The notes below the pieces were generated by a model, which had not been told where the DNA came from, did not search any database, and saw only the letters and a list, made by a program, of their open reading frames with translations. The position numbers were made by a program, and so were the translations under genes. A stretch of DNA of 12,548 nt from a virus (taxonomy: Duplodnaviria > Heunggongvirae > Uroviricota > Caudoviricetes): positions 1 to 12,548 of the IMG/VR virus record IMGVR_UViG_2778261640_000001; one strand, given 5' to 3'. How positions within the stretch are numbered: the stretch's first letter is position 1; every line of letters starts with the position of its first letter. Below, piece after piece: positions 6,710 through 12,548 of the stretch.

Positions 6710-7206
6710 TTTACTGCCCGTCGTGTGGACATGTTGCTCACACTCGTCGCGCACATTTCATGGACGATGGCACCAAGATAATGATTGCACAGTGCCGGAA
6801 TATTTATTGCTCTGCGACATTTGAAGCGAGTGAAAGCTTTTTCTCTGACAGTAAAGATTCAGGAATGGAATACATTTCAGGCAAACAGAGATACCGCGAT
6901 TCACTGACTTCTGCCTCCGGCAGTATGAAACGCCCGAAAAGAATGCTTGTTACCGGATATTGTTGTCGGAGATGTAAAGGCCTTGCACTGTCAAGAACAT
7001 CGCGGCGTCTGTCTCAGGAAGTCACCGAGCGTTTTTATGTGTGCACGGATCCGGGCTGTGGTCTGGTGTTTAAAACGCTTCAGACCATCAACCGTTTCAT
7101 TGTCCGCCCGGTCACACCGGACGAACTGGCAGAAAGCCTGCATGAAAAACAGGAACTGCCGCCAGTACGGTTAAAAACACAATCATATTCGCTGCGTCTG
7201 GAATGA
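6706..7206 (+). CDS. delta: Delta-like late-gene transactivator with two Ogr-type zinc-finger modules
   Basis: 166-aa ORF whose ATG overlaps the sid stop (ATGA). Two cysteine modules: CPSCGHVAH...CRNIYCSATF and CRRCKGLAL...CTDPGCGLVF. Confidence 0.85.
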   Translation: MIYCPSCGHVAHTRRAHFMDDGTKIMIAQCRNIYCSATFEASESFFSDSKDSGMEYISGKQRYRDSLTSASGSMKRPKRMLVTGYCCRRCKGLALSRTSRRLSQEVTERFYVCTDPGCGLVFKTLQTINRFIVRPVTPDELAESLHEKQELPPVRLKTQSYSLRLE

Positions 7207-7279
7207 GGGCTGTCGGTTAACACCGGCCGTCGCCGCACACCGTATTTTTATTCTTCAGCATGATGAGAAAGAGATAACG

Positions 7280-7852
7280 ATGGAAAGCACAGCCTTACAG
7301 CAGGCCTTTGACACCTGTCAGAATAACAAAGCAGCATGGCTGCAACGCAAAAATGAGCTGGCAGCGGCCGAACAGGAATACCTGCGGCTTCTGTCAGGAG
7401 AAGGCAGAAACGTCAGTCGCCTGGACGAATTACGCAATATTATCGAAGTCAGAAAATGGCAGGTGAATCAGGCCGCCGGTCGTTATATTCGTTCGCATGA
7501 AGCCGTTCAGCACATCAGCATCCGCGACCGGCTGAATGATTTTATGCAGCAGCACGGCACAGCACTGGCGGCGGCACTGGCACCGGAGCTGATGGGCTAC
7601 AGTGAGCTGACGGTCATTGCCCGAAACTGTGCCATTCAGCGTGCCACAGATGCCCTGCGTGAAGCCCTTCTGTCCTGGCTTGCGAAGGGGGAAAAAATTA
7701 ATTATTCCGCACAGGATAGCGACATTTTAACGACCATCGGATTCAGGCCTGACGCGGCTTCGGTGGATGACAGCCGTGAAAAATTCACCCCTGCGCAGAA
7801 CATGATTTTTTCGCGTAAAAGTGCGCAACTGGCATCACGTCAGTCTGTGTAA
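7280..7852 (+). CDS. psu: Psu-like polarity suppression / capsid decoration protein
   Basis: 190-aa ORF, last gene of the sid-delta-psu operon. Length matches P4 psu. Confidence 0.8.
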   Translation: MESTALQQAFDTCQNNKAAWLQRKNELAAAEQEYLRLLSGEGRNVSRLDELRNIIEVRKWQVNQAAGRYIRSHEAVQHISIRDRLNDFMQQHGTALAAALAPELMGYSELTVIARNCAIQRATDALREALLSWLAKGEKINYSAQDSDILTTIGFRPDAASVDDSREKFTPAQNMIFSRKSAQLASRQSV

Positions 7853-7888
7853 AATTCCCCGAAAATCCGCCTGTTTTTACTGAAAAAA

Positions 7889-7916
7889 GCCATGCATCGA
7901 TAAGGTGCATGGCTTT
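7889..7916 (+). terminator. Hairpin terminator candidate downstream of psu
   Basis: GCCATGCA (7889-7896), 9-nt loop, TGCATGGC (7906-7913), then TTTG. The T tract is short, so possibly a weak terminator. Confidence 0.45.
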
Positions 7917-8016
7917 GCATGCGTTTCCCTGCCTCATTTTCTGCAGACCGCGCCATTCCCGGCGCAGCCTGAGCGTGTCAGTACAACTGCATTAAAACCG
8001 CCCCACAAAGCGGGCG

Positions 8017-8035
8017 GGCGTGGCGGGGAGAGCAT
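8017..8035. other. cos: cos-like site (putative P2/P4-type cohesive end)
   Basis: GGCGTGGCGGGGAGAGCAT matches 16 of 19 positions of the P2/P4 cohesive end as I recall it (GGCGAGGCGGGGAAAGCAC, from memory). It lies between psu and the cargo, where P4 cos is expected. Confidence 0.4.
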
Positions 8036-8052
8036 TGCGCGCCAAGTAATTT

Positions 8053-9675
8053 TTAATTTATTTTTTTATAAAGGCCATCTAACCCAGGTTTCAAAAGAAA
8101 TTGAGATGGAGCCCCGTTCTTAAGATCACCTGAACCATTATACCGTTTCGTAGAATGCATTAGCATAATGCCTTTTCTTGCTCGTGTAATTCCTACGTAA
8201 TGAAGATTTATGCATTGCTGTTCATTTTCGAATACAACATCATAGCTTCCTTCTATGAAAACTCTTTTAGGCAAAATCCAATCATACAGATCCAAATGAA
8301 AAACAAAGTCAAACTCAAGACCTTTAGACTTATGTAACGTCATTATTTGTACTTCATCACTTCTAACATCCAAATAATTATTTTGCATCCTCGGAGTAAC
8401 TAATATCTCTGAAAGAGCGGACTTATGATGCTGCTCGATTTCAGTCCCTAAAAGAGTTACTACAATTTTATTTATTACGTCAATAAGAAAGGCATCTGTA
8501 ACACTTCTAACCTGCTTAATAGCCTTACGGATACGAGTAGCCTCGCTCCTTTTGACACTGCTTCCCAAAACCCCCTCCAAAATAGACTGAGCAGTTTTAT
8601 TTAAGTTATACCTGTAACATAATAAATCATTAACAAGACCAGAAACCTTACCACCAGCCTTTGTTAAATCATTATCCAAATAAGCCCTATTAGAAACAAC
8701 TAAATTATCAGAAACTAGCTCCGCGCAAGCATTGCTTCTTACCAATATAGCAATCTCCTTATTATCAGATATTGAAAATTTATTTTTTACATTATCAAGA
8801 ATTTCACCAATCCATTTAGCTATATCAATTTGATTGCCATCAACACATTTTCTATAAACAAAAATCTCATCACACGGAGCTAGTTGACATTCAAAATCTT
8901 TAATTCTATTGGCGTAATTTACTATAGATGGGTGACATCTGTGATTTACTGTAATTTCCTTATGACAGAAACCACTATCATTCATGAAATCTTTTAGTGA
9001 ATCCGAACTGCGGTGAGAATACAAATAAATTGATTGATCCAAATCACCAACGATAATAAGAGGCATCCCTAGCGTTGGTATGAACTTGAAAACCTGATGA
9101 GTAAAATAACCGGTATCCTGATACTCATCGACAAAAAAACCAATATACTTTGCCATTAAATACCGCTGACAAGAATATGATGTTCTAACTATATAAAAAG
9201 CCAAGTGAGGAAGGAAGTCTAAAATCAACATCCCCTTTAAATAAATATCCCTCAGAGAACCCATGCCCTCAAATGAAGTATTAGAATAAAAATCCACTCG
9301 GTCAAAGTACTTATTTGTCTTATCTTTTAATTCTTGAGAAAGATCTATATACTTTACTACTTCGAGAGCGCTTTCGTTTCTGCCCCATACTTGCCTTACA
9401 AAAGGTAATATTATTTCGTTAATGAAAAACTTATCAATAGTACCAAAGAAGCTAGAATTTAACTCTGCTCCCAATTTTCTACATCTGGATTTTAGCTCCT
9501 CGCTGGATTTATTCGTATATGATAACGCAACAACTCCCTGATAATCCTTGGAATGGGATAAACAGGCAGCAATCTTATGGACGAGTATTGTTGTTTTACC
9601 ACTTCCTGGGCATGCAGTTATAACCAGATTACCTTCGTAATCAATTGCATCTAACTGTTCCTTAGTTAGCTTCAT
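8053..9675 (-). CDS. gajB: UvrD/PcrA/Rep-like SF1 helicase, GajB-like partner of a class 2 OLD nuclease
   Basis: 540-aa ORF with all SF1 helicase motifs read by eye: I ACPGSGKTT, Ia ALSYTNKSSEEL, II FVDEYQDT, III IIVGDLDQSIY, IV VNHRCHPSIVNYAN, V IMTLHKSKGLEFDFVF, VI YVGITRARKG. ATGA overlap with the upstream gene and GAGGTGA ribosome-binding site. AT-rich. Confidence 0.75.
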   Translation of the reverse strand: MKLTKEQLDAIDYEGNLVITACPGSGKTTILVHKIAACLSHSKDYQGVVALSYTNKSSEELKSRCRKLGAELNSSFFGTIDKFFINEIILPFVRQVWGRNESALEVVKYIDLSQELKDKTNKYFDRVDFYSNTSFEGMGSLRDIYLKGMLILDFLPHLAFYIVRTSYSCQRYLMAKYIGFFVDEYQDTGYFTHQVFKFIPTLGMPLIIVGDLDQSIYLYSHRSSDSLKDFMNDSGFCHKEITVNHRCHPSIVNYANRIKDFECQLAPCDEIFVYRKCVDGNQIDIAKWIGEILDNVKNKFSISDNKEIAILVRSNACAELVSDNLVVSNRAYLDNDLTKAGGKVSGLVNDLLCYRYNLNKTAQSILEGVLGSSVKRSEATRIRKAIKQVRSVTDAFLIDVINKIVVTLLGTEIEQHHKSALSEILVTPRMQNNYLDVRSDEVQIMTLHKSKGLEFDFVFHLDLYDWILPKRVFIEGSYDVVFENEQQCINLHYVGITRARKGIMLMHSTKRYNGSGDLKNGAPSQFLLKPGLDGLYKKIN

Positions 9676-11372
9676 AATTCACCTCTAGCAATTTTCAGTG
9701 CATGTATTAGAGGTCTGGCTATATCTTTGCTCTTCAGTTCAGTTAAAAAAGCTTTTTTCTCTTTAATTAACTCACGCATACGTATAGCTTTTTTTCCTCT
9801 CAAATAATCAGCGGCATCATCTAGATTATCCTTACTTGCATAATCAAGAACATGCTTCGAAAAGTCATTAGCAAGATCTCCTTCAAGATCAAAAAAAGAT
9901 ATATAAACGCCGTTAGGATTTATTATTGGTGAAATGGTTCCCCACTTAGTATGCAAAGCTTTACTATCTATAGGAATACTTGAGTTTGGTTCTTTATTCT
10001 CTCCACACAGTGCTAACGCCCTATTTACACCAGCATATTGCCATTCATTCTTATGAGGTACTTTTGAAGCATCATTGTCTGTTCTTACGATCCAATTAAT
10101 ATTTAGAGCTGTTAATATTTTTCTATAAACTTCAAATTGGATACCATCAACAGAAAGAATGCTGATGTTATAATAATCAAGATCAATACTTAATGCTTTT
10201 GCTAATTCAGTGTAAAAAATCACCTCAGATGGTCCCTCGACCAAAAAAACCACGTTAGCAAAAAATGCCTCAGCAGGAATAATACTCATCCGGTAGCCCA
10301 TTCCATCCCATGCAGAGCTAATACAATCAGAACATCCATTACTTGCGGCTAGAGTCTCTCCATCATCATAGTATAGTTTTATGATTGAATCAGGTTTAAA
10401 ATTCACTGCAATTTGGGGTGAGTGGCTTGTAACGATTGCTTGGCCTGGAAGTTTATCGATTAAATAGGCCGCCAATTTTCTTTGCTGGTGAGGAAATAGA
10501 TGTGCTTCCGGTTCCTCTATACAATAGATCACTACTTCACTTTCAACATCATGCTCGCGAACACTTTTTGCTTTCCATAACGCAAGAAGGATTTGGTTAT
10601 TAAACCCATCGCCACCAAGCATTAGTTTCTTCCCATTTGTATTCGCACTTAATTCTAATTTCTCTATAAACTGGTCAATCCCTATTGCACCAGTATCAAG
10701 TTGAACAGTTAATCTATCATGAGTATAGGATAACTTTCTAAGTTCCTCGTTAAGCTCTTCTGTTGCTGATGCAACATAACTTATTCCTTTAACTTTTTCA
10801 TTTACTTCAGTAAGTAGCTTATTTAATTCAGTAAAAACCGCCCCATCATTTTCAGTATCCTTTTCACTACGAACTTCTTGCGCCAATCTTAAAAGATGCT
10901 TCTTTTCAATTTTAATGTATTTTTCAAGATCTCTTTGCGAATTTATATACCTTAGACTTAAACACTTTAAGTAAAATCTATTAGGAACCTCATCAAAATT
11001 GTTATGTTCATGACTAAGTAATATCTTGTAATCCATAGTTAATGATGAAGCAAGATACTTAATGTATGTTTCCCCTTCATCGCTAACATACCCTCCTAAT
11101 TTAGATATTACAGCATCTTCACTAACATCTGTAAACTTGATAGTGATTTCTATATTTTCAACCTGTTCACCTGTCGAATTTACATGAAAGTCATTGCTTT
11201 TTGGTTCTAGATCTAATTCAGATAAACTTTTATCAAGTAATAATCGAATGGCATATAATAGGTTGGTCTTTCCAACATCATTTGCACCTATAATCAAATT
11301 AGTTTCATTAAAATTAATAACAGCATCACAGTAATTCCTGAATCCTTTAATATAAACAGTTTCAATTCTCAT
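9672..11372 (-). CDS. gajA: OLD-family ABC-ATPase plus Toprim nuclease, GajA-like
   Basis: 566-aa ORF. Walker A GANDVGKTN near the N-terminus, Walker B / H-loop (VVIYCIEEPEAHLFP ... IVTSHSPQ), C-terminal Toprim motifs (VVFLVEGPSEV, WIVRTDNDAS). The ATG directly follows the int stop (TAAATG). AT-rich. Confidence 0.75.
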   Translation of the reverse strand: MRIETVYIKGFRNYCDAVINFNETNLIIGANDVGKTNLLYAIRLLLDKSLSELDLEPKSNDFHVNSTGEQVENIEITIKFTDVSEDAVISKLGGYVSDEGETYIKYLASSLTMDYKILLSHEHNNFDEVPNRFYLKCLSLRYINSQRDLEKYIKIEKKHLLRLAQEVRSEKDTENDGAVFTELNKLLTEVNEKVKGISYVASATEELNEELRKLSYTHDRLTVQLDTGAIGIDQFIEKLELSANTNGKKLMLGGDGFNNQILLALWKAKSVREHDVESEVVIYCIEEPEAHLFPHQQRKLAAYLIDKLPGQAIVTSHSPQIAVNFKPDSIIKLYYDDGETLAASNGCSDCISSAWDGMGYRMSIIPAEAFFANVVFLVEGPSEVIFYTELAKALSIDLDYYNISILSVDGIQFEVYRKILTALNINWIVRTDNDASKVPHKNEWQYAGVNRALALCGENKEPNSSIPIDSKALHTKWGTISPIINPNGVYISFFDLEGDLANDFSKHVLDYASKDNLDDAADYLRGKKAIRMRELIKEKKAFLTELKSKDIARPLIHALKIARGEL

Positions 11373-12548
11373 TTACATTTTCCTTAAAAATAACGTTGAA
11401 GAGAAAAAGTTCAACATTTTCCTTCTTTCTTCAATGAATGTTGCATGATTATATGTACCGCGAATTCTATTACTATCAACGTGAGCGAGCTGTAATTCAA
11501 TATATTGAGAATTAAAGCCAGCATCATGTAAAATAGTTGACATCATATGCCTAAATCCATGACCTGTAAGCCTGCCACCGTATCCAAGTCGCTTTATAAG
11601 CTGATTGATAGCGGCCTCACTCATTGGCTTACTCGGATCATTTCGCCCAGGAAAAACATAACGATAGTTGCCTGTCATTGTCTTGAGTTCATTGAGTAAA
11701 TCTAACGCCTGAGTAGACAATGGCACAAGATGCGGCCTGCGCATTTTCATCCTTTCAGCAGGAATTTCCCAAATAGCGTTATCCAGATCAAATTCTTGCC
11801 ATAATGCCGCGCGTAATTCGATGGTTCTCACGCCCGTAATCATCAGTAATTTCGTTGCTATCTGGACAATTTTACTCCCGGTGTAACTCTCTAAGGCACG
11901 CAGAAATTCGGGTATCTCATCAGCTTTTAAGAACGGGAAATGATTGGATTGATGCACTTCGAGAGCGCTGGAGAGATCCGCAGCAGGATTGTACTCCGCC
12001 CTACCTGTTGCAATTGCGTAGCGAAACACCTCGGAGCAACGCTGCCGCACTTTACGCATTTTCTCCAACGCACCACGTTTCTCAATTTTACGCAGTACGT
12101 TCAGCAGCTCTAGCGGTTTAATCTCTCCCACAGGCCTTGTTCCAACATAAGGAAAAATGTCGTTCTTAAACGCTTCCATGATGTCTGATGCGTATCCAGC
12201 TGACCATTTAGCAGATTTAAGTTGATGCCACTCTCTGGCGATCTTTTCGAAGGCGTTCTCTGACTCTGTTTGCAGAGCCAGCTTTTGCTCTTTTCGAACC
12301 TCACTAGGGTTCTTTCCTTCTGCCACAAGTTTTCGAGCTTCATCACGACGGGAACGAGCATCGGCAAGGGTGATCGTTGGGTAAACGCCAAGCGAGATCA
12401 TCTTGGGTTTACCGGCGTAGCGATAGCGGAACCGCCAGCTCTTGCTTCCATTAGGTTCTATAAGCAATGACAAGCCTTGCCCATCCCCAAGCGTATAGGG
12501 TTTATCTTCAGGCTTAGCGCGGCGAATCTGCATATCGTTTAAAGGCAT
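11373..12548 (-). CDS. int: P4-type tyrosine integrase; ATG at the window edge
   Basis: 391-aa ORF. N-terminus MPLNDMQIRRAKPEDKPY is typical of P4-family integrases. The C-terminal catalytic region carries HGFRHMMST and LAHVDSNRIRGTYNHA with the likely catalytic tyrosine. Confidence 0.85.
   Translation of the reverse strand: MPLNDMQIRRAKPEDKPYTLGDGQGLSLLIEPNGSKSWRFRYRYAGKPKMISLGVYPTITLADARSRRDEARKLVAEGKNPSEVRKEQKLALQTESENAFEKIAREWHQLKSAKWSAGYASDIMEAFKNDIFPYVGTRPVGEIKPLELLNVLRKIEKRGALEKMRKVRQRCSEVFRYAIATGRAEYNPAADLSSALEVHQSNHFPFLKADEIPEFLRALESYTGSKIVQIATKLLMITGVRTIELRAALWQEFDLDNAIWEIPAERMKMRRPHLVPLSTQALDLLNELKTMTGNYRYVFPGRNDPSKPMSEAAINQLIKRLGYGGRLTGHGFRHMMSTILHDAGFNSQYIELQLAHVDSNRIRGTYNHATFIEERRKMLNFFSSTLFLRKM

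Larger units (their letters stand above)
660..12548. mobile_element. P4-like phage satellite prophage; the integrase end continues beyond the window and the crr-side boundary (attR) is not resolved
   Basis: Full P4 synteny: crr, alpha, cnr, orf151, epsilon, kil/eta, cI, PLE, vis, ori, sid, delta, psu, cos, cargo, int. Confidence 0.85.

Noticed and set aside
6947-7174. 75-aa plus-strand ORF inside delta
   Set aside because: Alternative frame within the delta gene; no independent support.
7905-8123. 72-aa plus-strand ORF
   Set aside because: Spans the terminator hairpin, the cos-like site and the 3' end of the helicase gene on the opposite strand.
8053-11372. Cargo as PARIS (AriA/AriB), a class 1 standalone Old, or Septu
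   Set aside because: ATPase and Toprim are fused in one protein and followed by a full SF1 helicase with motifs I-VI. That fits class 2 OLD / Gabija better than those alternatives, although only profile searches can settle it.
11855-12470. Small ORFs within the integrase gene (11855-12121 +, 12110-12391 -, 12270-12470 +)
   Set aside because: Embedded in or antisense to a well-supported integrase ORF; no motifs.

Overview
Almost the whole window (about 660 to 12548) is a P4-type satellite prophage, and its variable cargo slot carries a Gabija-like two-gene defence operon. The backbone matches phage P4 gene for gene, with product lengths matching those I recall for P4: crr, alpha (777 aa), cnr (106), orf151, epsilon, nested kil/eta (65/199), the seqA-seqB-seqC immunity region with PLE, vis (88), an iteron-type ori, sid (244), delta (166), psu (190), a cos-like site, then a P4-type integrase whose start codon sits at the window edge. 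Where P4 carries gop-beta-cII (between cos and the 3' end of int), this element instead has two AT-rich genes on the minus strand: an OLD-family ABC-ATPase/Toprim protein (566 aa) and a UvrD-like SF1 helicase (540 aa). That pairing is the class 2 OLD / Gabija (GajA-GajB) architecture, so the cargo is most likely a known defence family rather than a new one; whether it is a divergent variant needs a homology search I cannot run. Bases 1-411 are the 3' part of a LysR-family regulator gene, probably host flank. No tRNA, rRNA or CRISPR array was recognised. All family assignments rest on motifs read by eye and on recalled P4 biology.
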